A DNA stretch of 64,000 nucleotides from Thermoanaerobaculia bacterium (GCA_963816185.1 CAWFJJ010000001.1:384001-448000), one strand, 5' to 3'; shown: positions 28,647 through 38,707, numbered from the stretch's first letter. Program-made: numbers and translations. Notes: generated by a model not told the origin, from the sequence alone.

Positions 28647-31214
28647 ATGACGACGACACGAAACGGCCGAGCTTCCCGCCGCTTCCCGCGCCGACCGGGC
28701 GTCGCCGCCGCCCTGGTCCTCGCCCTTGCCGCTTCCGGCTGCGCGTCGTCGCGCGCCTACCGGGAGGGCGAGCGCGAAGAGCAGAGAAAGCACTGGGACA
28801 TCGCGGTCCTCGCTTACGAGAAGGCGCTTTCCATCAACCCCGCGGACTCGGCGGCCCGCATCGCCCTCCAGAGGGCGCGCTTTCAGGCGGCGCAGGCCCA
28901 CTTCGAGCGCGGGCGCCTGCACCGGTCCGCGGGGCAGATCGATCTCGCGGTCTCCGAGCTCGAGCTGTCGCTCGCGCTCGACCCGACGAACGACTCCGCC
29001 CAGCAGGAGCTGCGCAAGGCCAAGGCCGACGTCGAGGCTCGCAACCGCGAGATCGAGGGGGGGACTCCTGTCGAGCAGGCCAAGGCGAAGACACGCGGCA
29101 TGCGCGCGACGCCCCCGATGCTGAACCCCTCCTCGACGAAACCCATCGACGTCGCGTTCTCGACGGACACGGAGATCAAGAAGATCTACGCGGCCCTGGG
29201 GGCCGCGGCGGGCATCAACATCATCTACGACCCCCAGCTCAAGAACGACAAGTTCACGCTCGACCTGCGCGGGATGACGTTCCAGAAGGCCCTCGAGACG
29301 GCGATGCGCCAGGCCGGCCACTTCTACAAGGTCATCGACGAGAAGACGATCCTCATCGCGCAGGACACGCAGCAGAACCGCAAGGAGTACGAGGACCTCG
29401 TCATCCGGACGTTCTTCCTGTCGAACGGCGACGTGAAGGACGTATCGGCCATGGTGCGGTCGATCCTCGACCTGAGGCGCCTCGGCACGATCCCGGCGTT
29501 GAACGCCATCGTCATCCGCGACACGGCCGACAAGGTGGCCGTGGCCGAGCGCCTCATCGAGGAGAACGACAAGGCGAAGTCCGAGGTCGTCGTGGACGTC
29601 GAGCTCCTCCAGGTGAACACGGAAAAGATCCTGGATCTCGGCACCGTCCTGTCGTCGCGACAGCCGTTGACGGTGGCGACCGTCGTTCCGGGCGCCGGAG
29701 GCGGCGCCACGGCCGCTGCCACATCGCTCCCCTGGAACGCGATCAAGGCTCTCGGCATCAACGATTTCATGTTCACGATCCCGAGCGTCTCGTTCAACTT
29801 CGTCAAGGACAACACGGATGCCGAGGTGCTTGCGAAACCGCAGCTCCGCATCGCGGAAGGCGAAAAGGCCCAGCTCGTCATCGGCGATCGCATACCGATC
29901 CCCGTCACGACGATCAACACGCAGCAAGCCGTCGGCTCGACGGGCGTCGTTCCCATCACGTCCTTCCAGTATCAGGACGTCGGCATCAAGATCGACATGG
30001 AGCCGCGCGTGCACCATAACAAGGAGGTCTCGCTCAAGCTCACGATCGAGGTCTCCCAGCTGAACGGCTCAGTCACGGCGGGCGATGGGTCGAAGCAGCC
30101 GATCATCAGCACGCGCACGATCACGTCGTCGATCCGCCTGAAGGACGGCGAGACGAATTTCCTCGCGGGCCTCATTCGGAAGGACTCGCAAAAGACGAAG
30201 AGCACCGTCCCGTTCCTCGGCGACCTTCCGCTCATCGGCCAGCTCTTCACGCACACGTCGACGGACGACAGGCGCACGGATCTCTACCTCACGCTCACGC
30301 CTCACATCATCCGGTCCCCGCAGATTACGGAGGAGGACCTCGTCCCGATCTGGGTCGGCACGGAGAACAACGTCTCGTTCTCGGGCCTCAACACGCGCCT
30401 CGAGTCTCCGAACGCGCCGGGCTCACCGTTCGACGGTGGCCGGCCCCCTGTGCGCCCGCCGATACGGCCCGTGGGCACGCCTCCGGTCGTGAACCCGACG
30501 CTTCCCATCATCCAGGGCACACCGCCGAACGACCCGTTCCGCCGAACCCCCACGCCGGTCCCCTCGACGCCGCGGACCTCCAACGAGACCGCCGCGCCGG
30601 CGCCCCAGGCTGTCGTCGCGACTTCGAGCGCCGTGCCCGCGCCGACATCGCCGGCGCTCGCTGTCAATTCGGGCGCGGTGCCCGCGCCCGGGTCGCAAGC
30701 TCTCGCCGTCACCTCCCACCCCTCGCCCGCGCCGGTGGCTCTCGTCGCCAGCTCGGGCTCCGCGCCCGGGCCCGGCGTCACGACCCCGGCGGCGGGTCCC
30801 GTGCTTCACCTCGCGGCGACGTCCCCCCAGGTCACCCCGGGAGAGGTGTCCGTCGTGAACGTGACGGGTGACTCCGGCCTCGAGGCCCTCGGCGCGCTCG
30901 AGGTGACGGTCGAGTGGGATCCTGCCGTGGCCGAGATGACGGGCGTCGTGCCCGGCCCGTGGCGGAACGCCGCGGGCGCCGAGGCGATCCGCTTCGACTC
31001 GGATCGCACCCCCGGAAGGGCGCGCCTGCACTTCGCCCGGATCACCGGTTCGGCGGGCCTTCCCTCCGGCGTGCTCGCGAAGCTGGCCATGCGCGGGCTC
31101 AGCCCCGGAACCACGCTCATGCGCGCCACCGCCGGCTCGGCGGCGACACCGAGCGGGGCCGCGCCGGCGCCGCACGTCGAAGCGGCTTCTCTCACGGTGA
31201 AATCCGTCTCATGA
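28647..31214 (+). CDS. gspD: Lipoprotein secretin with N-terminal TPRs and C-terminal Pro-rich linker plus cohesin-like domain
   Basis: Lipobox ASGC, TPR-like helices, N-domain RTFFLSN, secretin motifs QYQDVGIKI, LKDGET..LAGLI, VPFLGDLPLIGQLF, LTPHIIR. Confidence 0.85.
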   Translation: MTTTRNGRASRRFPRRPGVAAALVLALAASGCASSRAYREGEREEQRKHWDIAVLAYEKALSINPADSAARIALQRARFQAAQAHFERGRLHRSAGQIDLAVSELELSLALDPTNDSAQQELRKAKADVEARNREIEGGTPVEQAKAKTRGMRATPPMLNPSSTKPIDVAFSTDTEIKKIYAALGAAAGINIIYDPQLKNDKFTLDLRGMTFQKALETAMRQAGHFYKVIDEKTILIAQDTQQNRKEYEDLVIRTFFLSNGDVKDVSAMVRSILDLRRLGTIPALNAIVIRDTADKVAVAERLIEENDKAKSEVVVDVELLQVNTEKILDLGTVLSSRQPLTVATVVPGAGGGATAAATSLPWNAIKALGINDFMFTIPSVSFNFVKDNTDAEVLAKPQLRIAEGEKAQLVIGDRIPIPVTTINTQQAVGSTGVVPITSFQYQDVGIKIDMEPRVHHNKEVSLKLTIEVSQLNGSVTAGDGSKQPIISTRTITSSIRLKDGETNFLAGLIRKDSQKTKSTVPFLGDLPLIGQLFTHTSTDDRRTDLYLTLTPHIIRSPQITEEDLVPIWVGTENNVSFSGLNTRLESPNAPGSPFDGGRPPVRPPIRPVGTPPVVNPTLPIIQGTPPNDPFRRTPTPVPSTPRTSNETAAPAPQAVVATSSAVPAPTSPALAVNSGAVPAPGSQALAVTSHPSPAPVALVASSGSAPGPGVTTPAAGPVLHLAATSPQVTPGEVSVVNVTGDSGLEALGALEVTVEWDPAVAEMTGVVPGPWRNAAGAEAIRFDSDRTPGRARLHFARITGSAGLPSGVLAKLAMRGLSPGTTLMRATAGSAATPSGAAPAPHVEAASLTVKSVS

Positions 31215-31678
31215 TCCTGTCCCGAAGGCCGAGGCGCGGTTTTTCTCTCGTCGAGCTCGTCGTCGTGTGCGCCTGCATCCTCATCCTCACGGCGATGATC
31301 GTCCCCATCACGCGCTTCGGCGTCGTTCGGCAGAAAGAGATGGAGCTGCGCGAGGCGCTGCGTTCGATGCGCAGCGCAATCGACGACTACAAGCGTCTCT
31401 CGGATCAGGGCCTCATCCCGGTGGACCTCGACACCGAGGGCTATCCGAAATCGCTCGAGAAGCTCGTGGAAGGCGTCGACCTCGTAGGCCAGATCAAGAA
31501 GAAGAAGAAGTTTCTCAGGAAGATCCCGATCGATCCGATGACGGGCAAAGCGGAATGGGGGCTGAGGAGCTATCAGGACGAGCCGGACTCGACCTCGTGG
31601 GGCCGGCAGAACGTCTACGACGTGTATTCTTTGTCGCCGCTCACGGGACTCGACAAGACGAAGTACAAGGACTGGTGA
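31211..31678 (+). CDS. Pseudopilin (GspG-like)
   Basis: RRG|FSLVEL prepilin site; YPKSLEKLVEG, LRKIPIDPMT. Confidence 0.88.
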   Translation: MILSRRPRRGFSLVELVVVCACILILTAMIVPITRFGVVRQKEMELREALRSMRSAIDDYKRLSDQGLIPVDLDTEGYPKSLEKLVEGVDLVGQIKKKKKFLRKIPIDPMTGKAEWGLRSYQDEPDSTSWGRQNVYDVYSLSPLTGLDKTKYKDW

Positions 31679-32091
31679 TGCGTAGAACCCGTGGCTCGTC
31701 CGCTGGCTTCACTCTCGTCGAGCTTCTCGTCGTCATGGCGATTCTGGGCATTCTCGTGGCCATTGCGGTCCCGCAGCTCCAGAAGGCGCCGATCCGCGCG
31801 AAGGAGGCCGCGCTGCGCGAGGACCTCTTCACGTTCCGTTCGTGCCTGGATCAGTTCTACGCGGACAAAGGCCACTATCCGGACACGCTCCAGACCCTCG
31901 TCACGGAGAAGTACATCCGCAAGATCCCGATCGATCCGTTCACGAAATCGGCGGACACGTGGCAGGTCACCATGGAGGAGCCCGACTCGTCGGACACGGC
32001 GTCTCAGTCCCAGGATCCGCCAGGCATCATCGACGTGAAGAGCGGCTCGAAGCAGGTCTCCCTCGACGGATCGCTGTACGACACATGGTGA
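31678..32091 (+). CDS. Pseudopilin (GspG-like)
   Basis: AG|FTLVEL prepilin site; YPDTLQTLV..KYIRKIPIDPFT. Confidence 0.88.
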   Translation: MRRTRGSSAGFTLVELLVVMAILGILVAIAVPQLQKAPIRAKEAALREDLFTFRSCLDQFYADKGHYPDTLQTLVTEKYIRKIPIDPFTKSADTWQVTMEEPDSSDTASQSQDPPGIIDVKSGSKQVSLDGSLYDTW

Positions 32092-32675
32092 AGAGAAACC
32101 GCGGTTACACGCTCGTCGCGCTCATGGTCGGACTGACCGTGATGGCGATCCTCATCGCCGCGGTTCTTCCGATGGCCTCGGCCGAGTCGCAGCGCGACAA
32201 GGAGGCCGAGCTCATCTTCCGGGGCTTCCAGTACGCCGAGGGCATTCGGACCTTTCACCGACGCTACGGGCGCTATCCCAACACGCTCAAGGAGATGTTC
32301 GAGATGCGCCCGCGCACGCTGCGCAAGCTGTGGAAGGACCCGATGACGAACTCCGACAAGTGGGGTCTCATCACCGCCGCGGGCGCGCCTGCAACCATGG
32401 GCGGAGCCGTTCCGCCGGGCAGCGGCTTCGTTCCGACGCCGGCGCCGACGCCGACGCCTTCCGTCTTCCCGTCGGCGATGGGCGGACCCGGCAACGACCA
32501 GCCGCCCGGCCCGATCATGGGCGTCTACTCGACGTCGAAGAAGAAGGGATACCGCCAGTTCTCGGGCCGAGAGAACTACAACGAGTGGCGCTTCACGGAG
32601 CAGACGCTCCTCAGCCAGTCCTCGGGGCCTGCGATCCCGCCCGGGCCCGGGTTGCCCACCCCCGTCGCACGCTGA
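32085..32675 (+). CDS. Minor pseudopilin lacking Glu5 (GspK-like)
   Basis: RG|YTLVAL (Ala at +5); KEAELIFRG, LRKLWKDPMT. Confidence 0.78.
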   Translation: MVKRNRGYTLVALMVGLTVMAILIAAVLPMASAESQRDKEAELIFRGFQYAEGIRTFHRRYGRYPNTLKEMFEMRPRTLRKLWKDPMTNSDKWGLITAAGAPATMGGAVPPGSGFVPTPAPTPTPSVFPSAMGGPGNDQPPGPIMGVYSTSKKKGYRQFSGRENYNEWRFTEQTLLSQSSGPAIPPGPGLPTPVAR

Positions 32676-32680
32676 GCCGG

Positions 32681-33850
32681 CTACCTGTCCGGGGGACGCC
32701 GGGCCGCCTCGCGAACGGCAGGCTCGAGGATCTGCGCCGCGAGAGCGTGTCCTTTCGCGCTCCAGTGGATGCCGGCCGGAAGGAAGAGCCGTTCGCCGGC
32801 GCGCGCCGCGTCTCGAAAGCCGGGAAGGAGATCCACGACCGGGAGATCACGGCGCCGGCAGGCCTCTTTGACGCGGAAAAAGCCGTCCTCGACCAGCGCG
32901 TCCGCGCCAAGAGAGTAGATCTTCAGGACCTTCTGCTTCACCGCGTCGTCCACCAGGAAGCGCGGGGGAACTGTGAAGACGATCGGCGAGGCACCCGAAG
33001 CGCGTGCCTCCCTCTCGAGAGCGCCGAAAAGCGCCCACGTGAGCGCGAATTCCGCCTCGCGTGCCGCGGGTGCGCTCCGAAGCGAGAGATCGACCATCAC
33101 GGGCCGCATCTCCGGTTCGACTCGTTCCGCACTTCTCCCGAAGGCGCGGCTGACGAGCGACCAGAGATGGGAGCGCGCCCCGAGGGCTGCGTCGAGGCGC
33201 CGCGCAGCCGAACGGCCGGGCGCCTCTCCCGGAGGCAAGAGCGCCAGAGAGTCTCCCGCGAGGGCGAAACGCGGCTTCGGCATGCCGTACATCTCGGCGC
33301 TCGCGTTCTCCATCACGTCGTTCCAGAAGAACCCCGCGAGGACGATGTCGGGCGAAAGGCGAGGGGCCCACCGGCGGAGCGTCAGGAGAGCCTGATCCGT
33401 CCCGTAGCCCGGAACGCCGAGATTGATCACCTCGAACGAGGGGCCGAGGAGGGCCGCAAGGCGCCTCGTGACCGGCTCGTCCTGCTTCACGCCGCTGCCG
33501 AATACGAACGAATCGCCGAGGACGACGACGCGCGTCACGCCCGCAGTCTTCTCGCCGTGGTTGACGTCCCGGAACCCGAGCGCGTTCGTGGCGAGGTCCG
33601 CCTGCCACGCTTCGTCGCTCGTGACGCCGGAGACGTTCTTTCGGAGAGTCCATCCGAGCTCCGGATCGATCGCGACGAGCGGTCCGCCGGCGGCCGGCGA
33701 GCCGTAGCGCTCGGCGAGAGGCTGTGGGAAAAAGAGCCTGAGGCCGGCCTCGGCGAGTCCAAGTCCGAGCGCGAGCGCGACGAGCGCGATCCCGGCGTTT
33801 TTTCCGAGCTCTCTCGAGGGGATTGTTCGCTCCTTCCCGTCCGGAGGCAT
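32681..33850 (-). CDS. Membrane-anchored SGNH/GDSL (AlgX/AlgJ-like) hydrolase
   Basis: TM, NALGFRD, LGDSF, NLGVPGYGTDQ, WND, HWSAKGH. Confidence 0.82.
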   Translation of the reverse strand: MPPDGKERTIPSRELGKNAGIALVALALGLGLAEAGLRLFFPQPLAERYGSPAAGGPLVAIDPELGWTLRKNVSGVTSDEAWQADLATNALGFRDVNHGEKTAGVTRVVVLGDSFVFGSGVKQDEPVTRRLAALLGPSFEVINLGVPGYGTDQALLTLRRWAPRLSPDIVLAGFFWNDVMENASAEMYGMPKPRFALAGDSLALLPPGEAPGRSAARRLDAALGARSHLWSLVSRAFGRSAERVEPEMRPVMVDLSLRSAPAAREAEFALTWALFGALEREARASGASPIVFTVPPRFLVDDAVKQKVLKIYSLGADALVEDGFFRVKEACRRRDLPVVDLLPGFRDAARAGERLFLPAGIHWSAKGHALAAQILEPAVREAARRPPDR

Positions 33851-33897
33851 TGTCGCCCCGACGCGCTCGAATCTCTCGCCGTCAACTAGAATCAGAC

Positions 33898-35205
33898 GTG
33901 CTCGTGAGGAAGCTCCCGGACGGGACGGCGGTGTGGCTGGACCGGATGCGCGACGTGAAAAGTCTCGCGCTCTCGATCACGATGGCGGGCGGCTCGGCTT
34001 CCGAGGAGCCGGTCGAACGCGGCGCGACGCACTTCCTCGAGCACGTTCTCTTCAAGCGGACTCCCCGGCGCTCGGGAGCCGCCGTCGCGCGGATCACCGA
34101 CCGCCTCGGCGGCGACTGCGACGCGTACACGACGAAGGAGTGCGTTTCGTTCCACGCGCGCGTGCCGGCGGAGCGGGCGAAAGAGGCCGTGGATCTCCTC
34201 GTCGACCTCACGTCCTCGCCCGCGTTCACGGCTGCGGACGTGGATGTGGAGCGCGGCGTCATCCTCGAGGAGATGGCCGAGGCCGAGGACGTGCCCGACG
34301 ACTTCCTGCACGAGAGCTTTCTCCGGCGTCTCTGGCCGGCGCACGCGCTCGGCGCGCCGATTCTCGGCACTCCCGCCAGCGTGAAAGGCCTCACGCGCGC
34401 GCGCCTCGTCCGGCGGTTTCGGGCGATCGCCCGGCCCGAGCGCACGCTCATCGCGGCCGCGGGGGCGTTCGACCCGGATCGTCTCATCGCGCTCTTCTCC
34501 CGCGGGCGCGGGCGCCGAGAGACGGCTCCGGTTCGCCTCGCGCCCGCGGTTCGGAAGCCTCGCGCCGCCCATTGCGCCTTTCACCTCGCGCGGCCGGACC
34601 TCCAGCAGACGCACGTTGTCGTGGGAGGGCCGACGATCCCGTTCGGCCATCCTCTCGTCCCGGCCGCCTGGATCGCGAACGAGGTTCTCGGGGGAGGTGT
34701 CTCGTCCCGCCTGTGGCGCGACGTGCGCGAGCGGCGGGGCCTCGCGTACGCCGTCGGGACCGGCCTGACCCTGCACCGCGAGGCCGGTGTCGCCTTCGTC
34801 TCGGCCGCGACACAGCCGAAGAACCTCGCGCGTCTCGTCGCGACGATGGCCCGCGCCCTCCGTCGCTTCCGCGAGGAGGGGGTCACGAGGTCGGAGCTGC
34901 TGCGTGCGAAGAACCTGTTTCACGCGGAGGCCGCGCTCTCCCTCGAATCCACGGCCGCCCGTCGCGAGAAGGCGGTGCAGTCCTGGCTGTACCGGGGCCG
35001 CCCTTACCCGACCGAGGAATTCCTCGCCGACGTGGACCGCGTCACGGTCGAGGACGTGTCCGCCGCGATCCGGCGTCTCTATGGCGACGCACGGGACGCG
35101 GGGCGCCTCGGTCTCGGCATTGCGGGGCCGCTTCCCGCCGGGACGCGGCCGGAAGCCTTCGCCCGCAGCCTTGCGGATGATGTCGCCGAGGTGCTGGCGG
35201 CATGA
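33898..35205 (+). CDS. M16 family zinc peptidase
   Basis: HFLEH (HxxEH), ERGVILEE, LGGGVSSRLW..VRERRGLAY; GTG 5 nt after TAGAAT. Confidence 0.88.
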   Translation: MLVRKLPDGTAVWLDRMRDVKSLALSITMAGGSASEEPVERGATHFLEHVLFKRTPRRSGAAVARITDRLGGDCDAYTTKECVSFHARVPAERAKEAVDLLVDLTSSPAFTAADVDVERGVILEEMAEAEDVPDDFLHESFLRRLWPAHALGAPILGTPASVKGLTRARLVRRFRAIARPERTLIAAAGAFDPDRLIALFSRGRGRRETAPVRLAPAVRKPRAAHCAFHLARPDLQQTHVVVGGPTIPFGHPLVPAAWIANEVLGGGVSSRLWRDVRERRGLAYAVGTGLTLHREAGVAFVSAATQPKNLARLVATMARALRRFREEGVTRSELLRAKNLFHAEAALSLESTAARREKAVQSWLYRGRPYPTEEFLADVDRVTVEDVSAAIRRLYGDARDAGRLGLGIAGPLPAGTRPEAFARSLADDVAEVLAA

Positions 35206-35663
35206 CGGGCGGCGCGAAAGTTCCCGTGCGCTACCGGATGGCCGAGGCCTTCAGGGACCTCGCGCCTCCCGTCTACGCCTCCGACGGCGCCGCCGGCGCC
35301 GACCTCCGCGCCGCCCTCGAAAAGCCGCTCGTCGTGGCTCCGGGAGAACGCGTCCTCGTTCCGACGGGCCTCGTGCTCGAGATCCCGGGAGGCTACGAGG
35401 GTCAGGTGCGGGCCCGCTCCGGCCTCGCCCTGAGAATGGGGCTCGCGCTCGCCAACGGCGTCGGAACGATCGACGCGGACTACCGCGGCGAGGTGGGCGT
35501 TCTCGTCGTGAATCTCGGGGCGGAGCCCGTGACGGTGAGGCGCGGCGACCGGATCGCGCAGCTCGTCGTCGCGCCCGTCGCGCGCGCGGTCTTCGAGGAA
35601 GCTGCGGACCTCGTCGACACGGCGCGCGGGGCAGGCGGCTTCGGCAGCACGGGGGCGCGGTGA
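35202..35663 (+). CDS. dut: dUTP diphosphatase
   Basis: AGADL, RSGLA, GTIDADYRGE, RIAQLV, RGAGGFGSTG. Confidence 0.95.
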   Translation: MTGGAKVPVRYRMAEAFRDLAPPVYASDGAAGADLRAALEKPLVVAPGERVLVPTGLVLEIPGGYEGQVRARSGLALRMGLALANGVGTIDADYRGEVGVLVVNLGAEPVTVRRGDRIAQLVVAPVARAVFEEAADLVDTARGAGGFGSTGAR

Positions 35664-36436
35664 TCGAGGTCTGCTTCCTCGGCTCGGGCTCGTCGGGGAA
35701 CTGCGCGGTCGTGCGCGCGAACGGGACGAGCGTCCTCGTGGACGCGGGTCTCTCGACGAAAGAGACCGAGCGGCGCCTCGCCCTGCGCGGAACGTCTCTG
35801 GATTCGATTTCCGCGATTTTCCTCACGCACGAGCACGCGGACCACGTCCACGCCGCTCTGGACCTGAATCGCCGGCGCGGCATCCCCGTTTACGCGTCGC
35901 GCGGCACGGCCGTGGCCGGCGGATTTCCGGGGCCGCTCTTCGCGGACGTGCGGCCCGTCGCGGGCGGGATGGAGATGATCCTGGGCGGCCTCCACGTGCG
36001 CGTCACGTCCACGCCGCACGACGGCGCCGAATCGGTGTGTTTCGTCTTCGCGGACGGAGACGGGCGGCGCGTGGGGATCGTCACCGATCTCGGGCACCTT
36101 TCGCCCGCCGTCCACGAGGCTCTTCGAGACTGCGACGTGCTCGGGCTCGAGGCGAATCACGACGAGGATCTCCTGCGGTCCGGACCGTATCCGCCGTACC
36201 TCAAGAGGCGCATCCTCTCGGCCGTGGGGCATCTCTCGAACGAGAGCGCGGCGGAGGGCCTCAGGCGTCTCGTCGGGCCGCGGACGGCCGCGGTGGTCGC
36301 GCTCCACGTGTCGCGGCACAACAACACGAGCGCGCTCGCCGAGCGCGTCTTCCGCGAGGCTCTCGACGAGACGGGGACGGAGGCGTCCCTCGTGGTCGCC
36401 CGGCACGACGAGCCCACGGGCTGGATCGGAACCTAG
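35660..36436 (+). CDS. MBL-fold metallo-hydrolase (YycJ/WalJ-like)
   Basis: LGSGSSGNC, THEHADH, TDLG, EANHD, GHLSN, HVSRHNN. Confidence 0.88.
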   Translation: MIEVCFLGSGSSGNCAVVRANGTSVLVDAGLSTKETERRLALRGTSLDSISAIFLTHEHADHVHAALDLNRRRGIPVYASRGTAVAGGFPGPLFADVRPVAGGMEMILGGLHVRVTSTPHDGAESVCFVFADGDGRRVGIVTDLGHLSPAVHEALRDCDVLGLEANHDEDLLRSGPYPPYLKRRILSAVGHLSNESAAEGLRRLVGPRTAAVVALHVSRHNNTSALAERVFREALDETGTEASLVVARHDEPTGWIGT

Positions 36437-36448
36437 GAGGAGTCGCCG

Positions 36449-36718
36449 ATGACGGTTCTCGTGAAGGTCATGCTCAAGCCTGGAGTCCTCGATCCCCAGG
36501 GAAAGGCGATCGCCGACGCTCTCCACCGCCTCGGATACGAATCGGTCTCGGACGTGAGGGCCGGAAAGCTCTTCCGCGTCGAGGTCGACACGAACGACCC
36601 GAAGGCGGCGAAGGAGGCCGGCGCGCAGATGGCTGGCAAGCTCCTCGCGAATCCCGTCATCGAGGACTACGAGGTGCTGCTCGAGTCCGCGGGGGCGCCG
36701 GCCGGAGCGGCCCGGTGA
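36449..36718 (+). CDS. purS: FGAM synthase subunit PurS
   Basis: LKPGVLDPQGKAI, VRAGK, LLANPVIEDY; AGGAGG RBS. Confidence 0.95.
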   Translation: MTVLVKVMLKPGVLDPQGKAIADALHRLGYESVSDVRAGKLFRVEVDTNDPKAAKEAGAQMAGKLLANPVIEDYEVLLESAGAPAGAAR

Positions 36719-37437
36719 GCGGCGCCGCGCCGCCCCGCGTCGCCGTCGTCGTCTTTCCGGGCAGCAATTGCGACGAGGATGCCGCGCGGGCCGCACGGAA
36801 CGTGCTCCAGGCCGAGGTGAAGATGGTGCGCCACGACGAGCGCACCCTCGGCGATCCCGACCTCGTGATCCTTCCGGGAGGCTTCGCCTACGGCGATTAC
36901 CTGAGGAGCGGCGCGATGGCGCGCTTCTCGCCGGTCATGGAGTCCGTGGCCGCCTTCGCGGGGCAGGGCGGGGCGGTGCTCGGCATCTGCAACGGCTTCC
37001 AGATCCTCTGCGAGGCCTCTCTCCTGCCGGGAGCGATGCTCAGGAACGCGGGCCTTCGCTTCGTCTGCCGGGACGTCTTTCTGCGCGTCGAGTCCAAGCG
37101 CACGCCGTTCACGCTCGCGATCAACAAGGGCGACGTCCTCAGGATGCCGATCGCGCACGGGGAGGGGAACTGGACCGCCGAGCGGCGCGTCTTCGAGGAG
37201 ATGATCGCGCGGGACCAGATCGTCTTCCGCTACGTGAGGAGCGACGGCTCGCGCGGCGAGGGCGCGAACCCGAACGGCTCGCTGGACGACGTGGCGGGTA
37301 TCTGCAACGTGAAAGGGAACGTGGTCGGCCTCATGCCGCACCCCGAGCGCGCCTCCGAGGAGCTCCTCGGCGGCACCGACGGCGCGCGCCTGTTCAAGTC
37401 TTTCGCGACGACCCGCATGGCGATGCACGGGGCGTAA
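36715..37437 (+). CDS. purQ: FGAM synthase glutaminase subunit PurQ
   Basis: FPGSNC, PGGFAYGDYLR, GICNGFQIL, IAHGEG, MPHPER. Confidence 0.95.
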   Translation: MSGAAPPRVAVVVFPGSNCDEDAARAARNVLQAEVKMVRHDERTLGDPDLVILPGGFAYGDYLRSGAMARFSPVMESVAAFAGQGGAVLGICNGFQILCEASLLPGAMLRNAGLRFVCRDVFLRVESKRTPFTLAINKGDVLRMPIAHGEGNWTAERRVFEEMIARDQIVFRYVRSDGSRGEGANPNGSLDDVAGICNVKGNVVGLMPHPERASEELLGGTDGARLFKSFATTRMAMHGA

Positions 37438-37452
37438 GGAGAGAATTTCGCA

Positions 37453-37599
37453 ATGGCGCTGAAAATCCAGGATCAGAAGGCGAAGATCGATCGGCTCCTT
37501 CGCCAGTTTTGGGCCACTCTTCCGAAGGGAGTCCTCGGGAGGAAGATTTCTAAGAAAGAGCGCGAGCGCATCCTTGGATATGGCCCTCAGGGCGTGTGA
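37453..37599 (+). pseudogene. Internally deleted VapB (Rv0623-like) antitoxin, 48 aa
   Basis: MALKIQD...FWATLPKGVLGRKISKKERERILGYGPQGV keeps the family's start and ILGYGP.GV end but lacks the central DNA-binding helices. Confidence 0.6.
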
Positions 37600-37826
37600 T
37601 CGTTGACGAGTCTGTGCTCGTCCGCGACTTCGGAATCGTCGTGATTCCCTTCGAGGAAGAGCACGCGCGAGCGGCGGCCGAGGCGTTCGCTCGATTCGGG
37701 AAAGGCCGACACCGGGCCGCTCTCAACTTCGGAGACTGCATGAGCTATGCGGTCGCGAAGCTCGCAGGGCAGCCGCTGCTCTGCACGGGAACGGATTTCG
37801 CGAAGACCGACCTGAAGCTCGCCTGA
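37596..37826 (+). pseudogene. vapC: Internally deleted VapC PIN toxin, 76 aa
   Basis: MIVDES joins directly to ...FGKGRHRAALNFGDCMSYA..K..GQPLLCTGTDFAKTD; roughly 50 aa missing against a typical ~130 aa PIN. Confidence 0.7.
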
Positions 37827-37831
37827 ACGGC

Positions 37832-38707
37832 TCAGCGCGTCTTCATCCACGCGACGCACGTCTCGAGCTCGTTGCGCATCGCGGCGGGGGAGTCGGCGTG
37901 GTAGGTCTCGCCGTGGCCCGGCAGGACGCGCGTGAAGGAAAAGTCGAGCAGGCGCTCCATCGACCGGATCTGCTCTTTCCACGAGTACCAGCACGCGTCG
38001 TGGAAGGCGACGAGGTGTCCGCGCCGCTTCGAGAAGGCCAGGTGATCGCCCGTGAAGAGGACCGTGTCCTTCCAGAGCAGCACGGCGTGGCCGCGCGTGT
38101 GGCCGGGAGTCGGGATCGCGACGAGATCGTCCGCGAGCCGGACGGGCTCGTCGCCTTCGAGGGCGCGTTCGGGCGGCTCGCCGAGAGCTGCGGCGTCCCG
38201 GGCATGGATCACGCGGTCACAGCCGAAGCGCTTCCGGAGCGCTAAGTGGTCGGCGACGTCGTCGCGGTGCGTGAGGAACAGAGTCGCGACGCCGCCGAGG
38301 CGCTCGAGGCCCGAGAGCAGCGGCGCGGCTGCGCGCGGCGAGTCCACGAGCACGTTCCCCCCGGAGCGAGCCGCGAGCCAGCTCCAGGCGCCAAACGACT
38401 TCTCGGACGTGTAGCCGCAGAAGTAAGCGCCGTCCCCGTACGGCTCCGGAAATGCGTTCGCGGCCTCCCGGGTCTTCGCGGCCCGGTGCGAAGCTCCGAT
38501 CGAGCCTGTCGGGCACGCGACCAGCGCCGCGAGCGCGCGGGATTCCGCCGCCGCGTCGCCCGGCTGGCGCGCCACGTACGAAAAGCCGTCGCCCTGCGTG
38601 AAAACCTCCGGCGCCATCTGCCGGCACGTCGCGCAGTCGATGCATGTGCGGTCGACGTAGAAATCTCCGGGCGCGTTCTCGGGAAGCCTCTCGGCGGGCC
38701 GTGCCAC
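37832..38707 (-). CDS. Ferredoxin + MBL-fold metallo-hydrolase fusion
   Basis: CIDCATC...CPTGSI N-terminal Fe-S domain; THRDDVADH, PGHTRGH, TGDH, LPGHG. Confidence 0.88.
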   Translation of the reverse strand: MARPAERLPENAPGDFYVDRTCIDCATCRQMAPEVFTQGDGFSYVARQPGDAAAESRALAALVACPTGSIGASHRAAKTREAANAFPEPYGDGAYFCGYTSEKSFGAWSWLAARSGGNVLVDSPRAAAPLLSGLERLGGVATLFLTHRDDVADHLALRKRFGCDRVIHARDAAALGEPPERALEGDEPVRLADDLVAIPTPGHTRGHAVLLWKDTVLFTGDHLAFSKRRGHLVAFHDACWYSWKEQIRSMERLLDFSFTRVLPGHGETYHADSPAAMRNELETCVAWMKTR

